From contig CAZRCV010000004.1 in the NCBI GenBank assembly GCA_964598745.1, forward strand, positions 1-60,779: 60,779 nucleotides of DNA, read 5' to 3'. Below are positions 46,568 to 55,509 of this stretch, piece after piece. The DNA comes from an uncultured Methanosarcinales archaeon. Its GTDB lineage: Archaea > Nanobdellota > Nanobdellia > Woesearchaeales > GW2011-AR9. The notes beneath the pieces are model-generated. The model had not been told where the DNA came from and searched no databases. It saw only the letters and a list, made by a program, of their open reading frames with translations. Position numbers and translations under genes: made by a program. Every line of letters starts with the position of its first letter. Position 1 is the first letter of the stretch.

Positions 46568-46685
46568 ATTATAACAAATAATTTTAGGAGATTTAAATAT
46601 TGTTAAAATGAAAGTATATTCTTTTAAACCAAGATTATTTGAACCTAACAAAATGTTTATAAGCCATTAATTCTTTGTTATCACT

Positions 46686-48461
46686 ATGAAAATAGTTCAA
46701 GGAATGTGGTTGCTGATGGCACTGCTTTTTAGTTTCTCAGCTTTGGCTGCTGATCCGGTGTACCATCTGAAATTATTGGCAGTTCAGGAATCTTCTTCAG
46801 AGGACGGATTAAAAGGAAGCGATGCTGATTTATACCTTGAACTTAAACCGGGGTCAGGAAGAGTTTTTTTGGAAACATTTCCCTTGACAAAGCTAGACAC
46901 GCAGATTTCTACCCGTTATGCTAAAGAAATCGCTTGCAAGAGTTTTAAGTTGGACTGTGCTAAGTATGATTATATTTTTACAATTAAGGCTAAATCTAAT
47001 ATTATTGGCGGGCCATCTGCTGGCGCGGCCATAGCCGCGTTAACAGCCATTGCTACTTTAGATTTAGATTACCAGCAGGACATAGCCATAACCGGCACGA
47101 TTAATTCTGGAGGCATTATTGGCCAGGTGGGTGGTGTTAAACAGAAAAGCGAAGCTGCTAAAAGCAGCGGCCTTAGAAAGATGCTTATTGCTAAGAACAA
47201 TGGCTACCAAAATGATAATCAAACTAATGTGATAGATTATGCTAAACAAAATCTTAGCTTGGAGGTAATAGAAGTTAACGACTTAAATGATGTCATCTTT
47301 CAACTTACAGGTGTTAATTTAAACCATAAAGAGTACAAACTGGTAGAAGACAACAGTTATACGCGCATTATGGGCAGCCTGCAGAATGTTCTTTGCCGCA
47401 GGTCTTATGAGATAGAAACACAAATTTCTCAAAAGGGGTATAATCTAGATTTGTCTTCACAAGAAGAAATAACTTTAAGAAAAGGGCGAGCTGATAATTC
47501 CACCATCAATAAGGAGTACTATGCCGCAGCCAGCTACTGCTTTGGACTAAACATTTACTTACAGGAGAAATTGTTGCAGATGCAGCATCCCAATCGCGGA
47601 AAAATAACCCAAGAATTTACTAGTTTAGAAAAAAAGGCTGCGGTATTACTAGATAAAATAAACCAGGAAAAAATTGAAACTATCAGCGACTTGCAGACAT
47701 TAATGATTGTTAAAGAGCGCTTAAGCGATGTCCAGGAAAAAATTGTTCAATCGCGAACGCCCAGTTTAACCATTAAAGAATTATACTCTATTCTTGCTTA
47801 CGCTGAGGAGAGGCTATATTCAGCTGCTTCCTGGATGCAGTTTCTAAAAATGGACGGTAAAAAATTCATTATTGATCCTGAACAGCTTAGGCAGTCCTGC
47901 CAGCAGAAGATTTTGGAAAGTCAGGAAAGAAGTGAATATGCTAGTTTATTTGTTCCCTTGGATAACCTAAATGATAAAATCGCCAAAGCTGAACAATCCT
48001 TAGAAAATGAAGAGTATGCTTTATGCCTGATCATTGCTTCACAAGCCAAAGCTCAAGCTGACGCTGTCCTTAGCTCGCTTGGTTTGCGTACAGAAATTGC
48101 CGATGACTACATTGAAAATAAGAAAATAGCTACTGAAAGAATCATAGCTGAAAATACCGCCGAAGGCATGTTTCCTATTTTAGGCTATTCTTATTATCAA
48201 TATGCTCTCTCATTGCGAGAGGCTGAGCCTTTTTCAGCGCTTTTGTACTTAGAATATGCCCTAGAAATGAGTGAAATAGGCATTTATTTTCCAGAACAAA
48301 AACCATTATTCAAAAAGTTAATGGTTTATCCAACGAATAAATTGGCTGATGAAAAATGGTTCTATCTAGTGGTGGGCTTAGTAATTGGTTCAGCTTTAAG
48401 CTTCTACTTTGTAGCTAGAAATCCTCGTTTAGTTAAGCTAAAAATAAACATTAGGAAATAG
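46686..48461 (+). CDS. Membrane-anchored Lon-protease-domain (S16) protein without an AAA+ module
   Basis: Signal peptide, then a Lon proteolytic domain (GGPSAGAAIAALTA...ITGTINSGGIIGQVGGVKQKSEAA), a long helical region and a C-terminal TM helix. Confidence 0.65.
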   Translation: MKIVQGMWLLMALLFSFSALAADPVYHLKLLAVQESSSEDGLKGSDADLYLELKPGSGRVFLETFPLTKLDTQISTRYAKEIACKSFKLDCAKYDYIFTIKAKSNIIGGPSAGAAIAALTAIATLDLDYQQDIAITGTINSGGIIGQVGGVKQKSEAAKSSGLRKMLIAKNNGYQNDNQTNVIDYAKQNLSLEVIEVNDLNDVIFQLTGVNLNHKEYKLVEDNSYTRIMGSLQNVLCRRSYEIETQISQKGYNLDLSSQEEITLRKGRADNSTINKEYYAAASYCFGLNIYLQEKLLQMQHPNRGKITQEFTSLEKKAAVLLDKINQEKIETISDLQTLMIVKERLSDVQEKIVQSRTPSLTIKELYSILAYAEERLYSAASWMQFLKMDGKKFIIDPEQLRQSCQQKILESQERSEYASLFVPLDNLNDKIAKAEQSLENEEYALCLIIASQAKAQADAVLSSLGLRTEIADDYIENKKIATERIIAENTAEGMFPILGYSYYQYALSLREAEPFSALLYLEYALEMSEIGIYFPEQKPLFKKLMVYPTNKLADEKWFYLVVGLVIGSALSFYFVARNPRLVKLKINIRK

Positions 48462-48472
48462 GTTTAAATAAA

Positions 48473-48504
48473 CCCCTAAGCCAACCCGAAGGCTGGCTTT
48501 GGGG
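48473..48504. repeat. GC-rich imperfect hairpin just after the Lon-like gene
   Basis: CCCCTAAGCCAACC-CGAA-GGCTGGCTTTGGGG. Its arm TAAGCCAACC is also complementary to GGTTGGCTTA at 48640-48649. Confidence 0.5.
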
Positions 48505-48739
48505 AAAAAGAGGTGATAGATGTTTATACAGTTCTGGTAATTGCTACTATTTAAACTTTATGGTTAATTTTCCATTTTAGAGTAGTGAACCTAATTTTAA
48601 TACCCCCGCGCAGCACAAATTTTGTTAATTTTTATTCCCGGTTGGCTTAATGCCCGTAGCTCTGCTGCTCGCGGGAGCTTCATTCGTAAAAATGTTTTAG
48701 AAAAGTTTATATATCAATTATGGATAATATTATCCCCTT

Positions 48740-49312
48740 ATGGATAACAAATCGAAGATTATTGGTTATTTAGGAAAGCACCTTAGAGAAAGTTATACTA
48801 TGCATGAGCTAAGTAAATTGTTAAACATTCCTTATGCTTCTTTTTACAGAACAATTCAAGGTATGAACGACCTTTTAACAATTAAAACTGTAGGAAAATC
48901 TAAAATAATAACATTAAACTCTAAAAATCCAGTAATTAAATCACATTTGGTAATTGCTTCTGATGAAGAAAAGAAGGAATTTTTAAGGAAGCAACCAATA
49001 ATCAAAAAATTAAAGGAAGAATTGGATACTAAAAGTATTGTTTTTGTTTTTGGCAGTTACGCGAAGGGGAAAGAAACTGAAAAAAGTGATATAGATATTT
49101 TAATTATTAACAAAGGCGGTAAGAAAGATTTGTCTTTCTCAAAGTATGAATTTTTATTCAAGAAAAAAATTAATCCAATATTTATTAGCATTAAAGAATT
49201 CAAGAAAATGTTAAAAGATAAAGAAGAAAATGTTGGAAAGCAAGCCCTAAAAAATCATATTATACTTATTAATGAAGAACAATTTTGGGAGTGTGTTTTA
49301 GATGCCTTTTGA
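48740..49312 (+). CDS. wHTH plus minimal nucleotidyltransferase (MNT-type) protein
   Basis: N-terminal HTH-like segment, then the NTase motif VFVFGSYAKGKETEKSDIDILII. Confidence 0.7.
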   Translation: MDNKSKIIGYLGKHLRESYTMHELSKLLNIPYASFYRTIQGMNDLLTIKTVGKSKIITLNSKNPVIKSHLVIASDEEKKEFLRKQPIIKKLKEELDTKSIVFVFGSYAKGKETEKSDIDILIINKGGKKDLSFSKYEFLFKKKINPIFISIKEFKKMLKDKEENVGKQALKNHIILINEEQFWECVLDAF

Positions 49313-49829
49313 TAAAAAAGTATATGAACAATTGTTCAAGGAATGCCTAACAGATAGAAGGATAAAAAAATCTGAAGAATCCTTTAAGATCAAATTGTTT
49401 TTACAAAAAGGAGAAAATAGTTTACTTATAGCAAAAGAGATGAAAGAAAAGAAACCAAGTAGGGATGAGCCTGCTAAGATTTATTGGAATTATTGGGCAA
49501 TTACGATTTCTTATTATTCGATGTCGTATGCTGCGAAAGCGGCTATTCTTTCAAAAGGTTATGAAGTTTCTGATCATGATGCAGCTCAAATTTCCTTAGG
49601 TCATTTGTTAATTCCAGATGAATTAGAAAAAGAAGATTTGGAAATTCTCAATCAAGCTCATAAAATCCTTGAGGATGAATATGTGCATTATTTTGAAGAT
49701 GCAAAAAGGGAAAGTCACATTGCAAGATATTCAGCGATTAAGACTTATACCGAAAGAAGATTAGAAGAAATTTTTGAAAACGCTAGGAAATTTGTTGCAA
49801 AGATAACGTTGATGTTACAAGATAGATAA
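49302..49829 (+). CDS. HEPN-domain protein
   Basis: 11-nt overlap with the NTase gene. HEPN helices YWNYWAITISYYSMSYAAKAAILSKGYEVSDHDAAQ and RESHIARY. Confidence 0.6.
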   Translation: MPFDKKVYEQLFKECLTDRRIKKSEESFKIKLFLQKGENSLLIAKEMKEKKPSRDEPAKIYWNYWAITISYYSMSYAAKAAILSKGYEVSDHDAAQISLGHLLIPDELEKEDLEILNQAHKILEDEYVHYFEDAKRESHIARYSAIKTYTERRLEEIFENARKFVAKITLMLQDR

Positions 49830-50192
49830 ATAAGTGCCTAGAACTTTAATTAAAGAGCAAAGAATTAGCCTCTTAACAAAAACTATGTAAAAAGCCAGTA
49901 AAACACCACCAAAGTGCCTTTTGTATTAGTGCAAGAATAGCTGAAAATGCCGTAAGAGCTTAAAAAATAGCCGTTAAAGCATTTTCTCAATAAGGTGCTT
50001 GAATCTGGGTGGTTTCGGACAAAAGTTCAATGGTGTCAGGAGAGCGAGAAGACGAGTTCGCAAAAGTTTGATGGTACAAAAAGAGAATTATGGCGTATAA
50101 CTCCAGAATTTTGCAGAAGGGGTAGGTCGTTACTGCTTAGTAACAACCATTCCGAAATATTTATATACTAATTTTACTTTTAATCCTTTAAA

Positions 50193-50495
50193 ATGAAAAC
50201 ATTGCAATTAATTGTCATGGCTCTGGCTAGCGCAGCTGCTATTAATGCTTGTGCTTCTATCCCCTTGGAAGCGCGCATGGCTCAAGAATACCGATGCATC
50301 GGGGTTGGAAAAGTTGATTCAGGAGAAATTAGAAAAAATCCTTCATTAGCCATGAACATAGCTAGGAATAGGGCTATAGCTAATTATCAACAACGGTGTA
50401 GAGGTAGAAAAGTTGGCAGTATGTCAGAAATCAATGTAACCTATGATCCCTATAGGCAGGTAGTTGTAGCTTATGATCCTAGTGATAAATTATAA
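50193..50495 (+). CDS. Small putative lipoprotein
   Basis: Signal peptide with lipobox AAINAC. 100 aa. Confidence 0.45.
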   Translation: MKTLQLIVMALASAAAINACASIPLEARMAQEYRCIGVGKVDSGEIRKNPSLAMNIARNRAIANYQQRCRGRKVGSMSEINVTYDPYRQVVVAYDPSDKL

Positions 50496-50537
50496 TTCCA
50501 TTCTCTTTTTATATTTTATTATTATTTCTCTGTTTTA

Positions 50538-50828
50538 ATGGTGAAAGTATGGTCAGCTTTAATGTTATCTCTCTTGGTTAATTGCGCTTCCCAGTATGAA
50601 ACTATTCGTTCCTTGCCGTGGTATGGTATAGGAATTCCTGATCCTGGAATGAACCGCCTAGAAGCTGAAAATTTATCTTTGCAGAGAGCTAAAATGGATT
50701 ACATGAGGAAAAGAAGAGTTGTAACCCTGCTTGATCCAGCTTCGGACTATTCTAGCAGTTGCAAATATTTTGTTGATAATCATGTAGCGCTATGTTGGAA
50801 TGAATATTTTTTAAGTGAGGAAAACTAA
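50538..50828 (+). CDS. Small putative lipoprotein (distant paralog of the previous gene)
   Basis: Signal peptide with lipobox LLVNCAS. 96 aa. Confidence 0.45.
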   Translation: MVKVWSALMLSLLVNCASQYETIRSLPWYGIGIPDPGMNRLEAENLSLQRAKMDYMRKRRVVTLLDPASDYSSSCKYFVDNHVALCWNEYFLSEEN

Positions 50829-50888
50829 ATTTTTTATAGAGCCAAAAGTTAAGCAACCTTTTTATATATTGGAAGGAACAAGATACTG

Positions 50889-51971
50889 ATGAATGAGTTT
50901 ACTTTGATTGATAATTCTGCGCAGCTTATGAAAATGATGGAACAGTTAAGCCATAAAGAGCTTGTTGCTATCGATTTGGAATGTGAAAATAATCTTCATC
51001 ACTATGGTGCATATGTGACTTTGCTGCAGATTTCCGATGGAGACGCGATCTGGATAGTCGATGCGCTAAATCTGAAAGGTCTGCAGCCATTGTTAGGGTT
51101 GTTCACTAATTCTGCAGTGCAAAAAGTATTTCATGATGTTAATTTTGATTTAAGGATTATTTCTAACCAGTGGGGCTGCCGTGTGATTAATGTATTTGAC
51201 ACCCAGCTAGCAGCCTTGTTTCTAGGTGAAGAAAAATTGGGGCTGGGATCATTGCTAGAAAAATATTTTAAAATTAAAACTGAAAAGCGTTTTCAGCGGG
51301 TGGACTGGACCAAACGCCCTTTATCAAGAGATAAACTAGTTTATGCCGCTAGAGATGTGGCCTATTTACTGCAATTAAAACAGAAATTAGAGCGCCAGCT
51401 TCTGGAAAAAGAAAAATTATCTTGGCTGATTGAAGAATGTTCTCATTTGGATCAACAGAATTGGATATACAAGGAACAATCTTACCTAGATCTTCCAGGG
51501 GTTAAATCATTAAATGCTCTTCAGCGTTCCATAGCTAAGGCTTTATTTGAAGCCAGAAAACAACTGGCTAAAAAGATTGATAAGCCACCGTTTATGGTTT
51601 TTTCCAATCAGCAATTGTTGGCCTTTGCTAAACATCCTCCTCAGAATTGGGTCATGGTAAGAAAAGTGCACCCTATTGTAGCAGAAGCAGCAGAATACTT
51701 AAAACGATTAATCCAGGAAGCTAGCCAAAAACCGGATATAGTAGAAAAAAAATCAAAGCGAAAATTATCCAGCCATCAATATCAATGGATTAGGGATTTG
51801 CTTGAGCTTAGAACAAAGCTGGGAAACAAAGTTGGGTTAAAAGGATACCTCCTTCTTAACAATGAACAAGTTTGGGACATTGCCGCTACACAATCCTTAG
51901 ATGGGTTGCGTAATTGGCAAAAAGAATTGTTAGAAAACCAATCCTTAATCTTAGATATACTTAGGAGTTAA
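50889..51971 (+). CDS. rnd: Ribonuclease D (DEDDy 3'-5' exonuclease plus HRDC)
   Basis: Exo motifs VAIDLE, VFHDVNFD and YAARDVAYL, followed by an HRDC-like segment (ALQRSIAKALFEARKQLAKKIDKPPFMVFSNQQLLAFAK). Confidence 0.8.
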   Translation: MNEFTLIDNSAQLMKMMEQLSHKELVAIDLECENNLHHYGAYVTLLQISDGDAIWIVDALNLKGLQPLLGLFTNSAVQKVFHDVNFDLRIISNQWGCRVINVFDTQLAALFLGEEKLGLGSLLEKYFKIKTEKRFQRVDWTKRPLSRDKLVYAARDVAYLLQLKQKLERQLLEKEKLSWLIEECSHLDQQNWIYKEQSYLDLPGVKSLNALQRSIAKALFEARKQLAKKIDKPPFMVFSNQQLLAFAKHPPQNWVMVRKVHPIVAEAAEYLKRLIQEASQKPDIVEKKSKRKLSSHQYQWIRDLLELRTKLGNKVGLKGYLLLNNEQVWDIAATQSLDGLRNWQKELLENQSLILDILRS

Positions 51972-51977
51972 TTTTTA

Positions 51978-52439
51978 CTAACCGCCAATCTCATATCTCA
52001 ATAGCAACGGTTTTAATAATAGCAAGATAATGATTAGGATAGTTCCAAAGATAGCTAGGCTAAACAAGCTTAAGCCTACAGCTACACCAATGGCTGCTGA
52101 GGCCCAGATACAAGCCGCTGTAGTTAATCCAGTAAGTTCCATTCTAGTTTTCCAGATAACTCCTGCCCCTAAAAAGCCCACGCCAGAAACTATTTGAGCT
52201 ATAATTCTGGCTTGATCAGCGCTGGGTGAATTGTTAGGAAAGCCAATCAAAGAAATAATCGTAAAGACGGTTGCGCCTAAAGTTATCAAGGAGAAAGTCC
52301 TAATGCCAGCATTAGTAGAACGCCGATTCCAGCCAATAGAAAAACCCAGAAAAGTAGATAATAATAACTTAACAATAATCGCTCCTTGTCCAGGTTGCAC
52401 AAAACCGCTGACCAGGTAGTTTATTAAATCCATCCCCAC
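51978..52439 (-). CDS. MgtC/SapB-family membrane protein
   Basis: 153 aa with four TM segments and the GLTTAACIWASAAIGVAVG signature. Confidence 0.75.
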   Translation of the reverse strand: MGMDLINYLVSGFVQPGQGAIIVKLLLSTFLGFSIGWNRRSTNAGIRTFSLITLGATVFTIISLIGFPNNSPSADQARIIAQIVSGVGFLGAGVIWKTRMELTGLTTAACIWASAAIGVAVGLSLFSLAIFGTILIIILLLLKPLLLRYEIGG

Positions 52440-52557
52440 ACCTTTTTTATGATGTAAGCTTATACTTAAATATATATCTTTTGGAAATGTAATCTTCCAG
52501 GATGTGGCGTTAAAGAGAAATTATTAAATTTTAAATGATTTTTATCAATTAATAAAT

Positions 52558-53406
52558 ATGAAAATTCGCAAATCCTTAGCTGCGGTAGTGGCGGTAGTTG
52601 GCATACTAGCAGCAGCCATAACTAGCATTGAAACAGAACTGGATAATATTCGAAGGCAGTTAGCGCAAACAGAATTAATCATAAAGAAAGAAAGGATTCA
52701 AGCTAAGCATTCTAACTTAACTTGGGCTGATGTCCGAAGAATGATTTCTGCTGATATAAAATTGCGCCAAGAATTAAGGCGCAGAACACAACTTTTAAAG
52801 AGAGATGAAGCTTATTTTCAAGCACTGAAAAACAAATTTGCTAATTTAGTAAGAAGAACAGAACTGGGCGCTTATCAAGCCCGAAACATAACTGAACTAA
52901 AAGAATTTGTGGAAAGATGGGTTCTGGATAGCCAAAGAGCAACTAATTATGAAGAAGCTCAAGCCAGAACTAAACTGGAACATCTAAAAAAATATGCAAA
53001 ACTATCTCCGCGCCACCGCGAGCTATTAGTTAAAATTAGCACCTCTCCTGATTTAGTTAGTGGCAGTGAATGGCAGGAGTTAGAAACAAAAGAGGACTTG
53101 TTAGGAACTTGGAGATGGGATGACTTTACAAAAGCCAAAGAACAAGAAATAGCTAATTTACAATTAAGGCGGACATATTATTTAGATTTACTAATTGAAG
53201 CTGAACAATATCAAAAGCCGATACAAAAATTGATTGGTTTCATTGAACAGAATCAGCTGCAGGAATTGTTGAAACAGGAATTATCTGCATTATATGGGTT
53301 GGAAAATTCACTCCAGGCGCAACTAAAAGAATATGAAGACTTTTTACAGTTTATTGAAGAATCTGTTAACGAACTGTCGGTTCTGCAATTAATAGAACAA
53401 GATTAA
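52558..53406 (+). CDS. Membrane-anchored coiled-coil protein
   Basis: N-terminal TM helix followed by a long heptad-rich E/K/Q/L sequence. Confidence 0.45.
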   Translation: MKIRKSLAAVVAVVGILAAAITSIETELDNIRRQLAQTELIIKKERIQAKHSNLTWADVRRMISADIKLRQELRRRTQLLKRDEAYFQALKNKFANLVRRTELGAYQARNITELKEFVERWVLDSQRATNYEEAQARTKLEHLKKYAKLSPRHRELLVKISTSPDLVSGSEWQELETKEDLLGTWRWDDFTKAKEQEIANLQLRRTYYLDLLIEAEQYQKPIQKLIGFIEQNQLQELLKQELSALYGLENSLQAQLKEYEDFLQFIEESVNELSVLQLIEQD

Positions 53407-53478
53407 AATAGAATTTAAGTAATATTCTTAACTATTATTCAGAATTGGATATATTATAACTTTCTTTATTAATTGTTA

Positions 53479-54192
53479 TTATTTCTTCTCAGCTTCTTTC
53501 TCTGCAGGAGCTAGTTCATCGATGATCTTTTGCGGGATACCCGCTTCAGCTAAGGCTTTTCTAAGCGCTTTGTTCTCTTTTCCTTCTAGTTCTTTAAGGA
53601 TTTGCTTACCTTTAACTTCAAATTCAGAACGGCGTTTCTCCATTTCTGCTTGCAATCTCTTTCTTTCTTGTTCCAGCCGCTGTTTTTCTTCTGCAGATAA
53701 TTCTGTTTTTCCAGAAGCAATCTTTACATCATATATTCCACTGGCAATATCATTAAGAGTCTCTGAGGCGGGTTTTCCTTCCACTAAAATACCCATAGAT
53801 TGACAAGTACCGACAATTTCTCTTACCTTAGCTTTTAAATTCTTGCCCAGAAGCACATCTTGCTTGGCCTTGGCAATTTTTATGATTTGTTCAATCACTA
53901 AATCAGCTACTTTTTCTTGAAGCGGGTTACCTGCTCCTTTTTCAATTCCAGCTTCTTTCTTGATTAAGGCGGCTGAAGGCGGAGTGCCAATTTCTATGGT
54001 AAAAGTCTTGCTTTCAGTGTCTACGATTACTTTGACCGGCACCTGCATCCCAGCTAAATCTGCAGTTTTCTTATTAATTTCAGCTACTACCTGGCCGATA
54101 TTAACGCCAGTTGGCCCTAATGCTGGGCCAAGGGGCGGCGCAGCGCTAGCTTTGCCTCCTTGAATTAATGTTTCTACCGCTTGTTTAGACAT
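53479..54192 (-). CDS. rpl11: 50S ribosomal protein L11 (uL11) with a K/E-rich C-terminal extension
   Basis: N-terminal GGKASAAPPLGPALGPTGVNIGQ motif and full uL11 core to about residue 160. About 75 extra residues follow (EEKQRLEQERKRLQAEMEKRR...). Confidence 0.85.
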   Translation of the reverse strand: MSKQAVETLIQGGKASAAPPLGPALGPTGVNIGQVVAEINKKTADLAGMQVPVKVIVDTESKTFTIEIGTPPSAALIKKEAGIEKGAGNPLQEKVADLVIEQIIKIAKAKQDVLLGKNLKAKVREIVGTCQSMGILVEGKPASETLNDIASGIYDVKIASGKTELSAEEKQRLEQERKRLQAEMEKRRSEFEVKGKQILKELEGKENKALRKALAEAGIPQKIIDELAPAEKEAEKK

Positions 54193-54342
54193 TTTAATAA
54201 ATAATAACTTTAATTACTCGGTTAAAAGTTGGTTTATTTATATACTTTACGCCAAGGTTAAGTAGATATGTAAAACATCTTATATTATTAAGTAAGTTTA
54301 TACTCCTTTGTCAACTGCCAATTAAATTATTCCCGTGCGGGT

Positions 54343-55509
54343 TTAATGGCCAGCAACTCTACTGGGATGGAGAGTTTCATTATAACAATTAAGAATTAAT
54401 TTTCTAATCCTATTAATAGACCTTTCCCAGGAAAAAGAGTAAATAACCGTCTTGCGAGCATTCCGGCCAAGCTTTTCCCTTAAAGTTTGATCCTGAAGCA
54501 GTTTCTCTAGTTTAGCCGCCAGGATCTTAGCGCTGTTTTTAGGGAAAAATAAGCCATTATAATCTTTCTTAACATAATCTTTAATGAAACCAATTTTAGA
54601 AACGATTACTGGCAATCCCGTAGCCATGGCTTCCAACGTGGCCAAAGAAGTAGTTTCAGTTAAACTGGGCATTACAAAAATGTCCATGGCTTTGAGATAA
54701 TTATTCACATCCTGTTTGAAACCGGTAATGGCACAATTTTCCAATGATTTAAATTTAGCTGTTTGTTCTTCCGGGCCATCACCTACAATCAACAAGTAAA
54801 CTTGCTGCTGATCTTTTAAGCTTTTGAATGCTTCCAATAGCACTTTAATATTCTTTTCTTTAGAAATCCGGCCTACATAACCAATTACTAATTTGTTAGC
54901 AGGTATGCCAATGCGCTTCTTGCTTAGAACTCTATCTAATGTTGGATTAAACAGGTTAATATCCACTCCCAATTTAGCAATTTTAAGCGGCGGCTTAACT
55001 CCTGCCTGCCGCAAATAATGCTGCAGCCCAGGATAAGGCACTAGCACCAGGTTGCAATAATTGTAGCAAATTACTGAAAATAATTTAATCAATTTATTAA
55101 GCCAGCGATTAAGCGGCGGCGGCGCGAATGTTTCAAATAACTCCCAGGCAATGGTATGCGTATAGAAAACAGTTGTTTTGTGGTACTTGTGGCCATAATA
55201 CATACTAAGATAGCTTATCAAAGCTGGGCCTTGAACAAAAATAATGTCTGAATTTCTAACCGTTTTTTTGATTAATTGCAGGTTGCTCCAAGAGAATTTC
55301 ATTAAAGGGTAACCCGATAAAAATATTCTAGCTGAAGTTTTAACTGCAGTAGTTTGCGGGTAGTTATCTTTAGTTAAGCCTGGGACTAAATAAGAAATTT
55401 CAAAATTTTTCTGGGCTTTTTTGGCAAATTCTTCCATGAATCGTAAAGTTCCATCTACTTTAGGATGAAATGTGTCCGCTGCCAGCAACAACTTAGGAAG
55501 GTAATTCAT
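54343..55509 (-). CDS. Glycosyltransferase family 4 (GT-B, group 1)
   Basis: N-terminal AADTFHPKVDGT motif and C-terminal E-x7-E region (PSLTETTSLATLEAMATGLPVI). The ATG at 55509 forms an ATGA overlap with the upstream gene. Confidence 0.8.
   Translation of the reverse strand: MNYLPKLLLAADTFHPKVDGTLRFMEEFAKKAQKNFEISYLVPGLTKDNYPQTTAVKTSARIFLSGYPLMKFSWSNLQLIKKTVRNSDIIFVQGPALISYLSMYYGHKYHKTTVFYTHTIAWELFETFAPPPLNRWLNKLIKLFSVICYNYCNLVLVPYPGLQHYLRQAGVKPPLKIAKLGVDINLFNPTLDRVLSKKRIGIPANKLVIGYVGRISKEKNIKVLLEAFKSLKDQQQVYLLIVGDGPEEQTAKFKSLENCAITGFKQDVNNYLKAMDIFVMPSLTETTSLATLEAMATGLPVIVSKIGFIKDYVKKDYNGLFFPKNSAKILAAKLEKLLQDQTLREKLGRNARKTVIYSFSWERSINRIRKLILNCYNETLHPSRVAGH

Noticed and set aside
48651-48690. 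tRNA-like 5' fragment (GCCCGTAGCTC...GAGC) as a split-tRNA half gene
   Set aside because: The would-be D loop is 12 nt with GG abutting the stem. There is no convincing anticodon stem or matching 3' half in the window. It is kept only as part of the GC-rich repeat finding.
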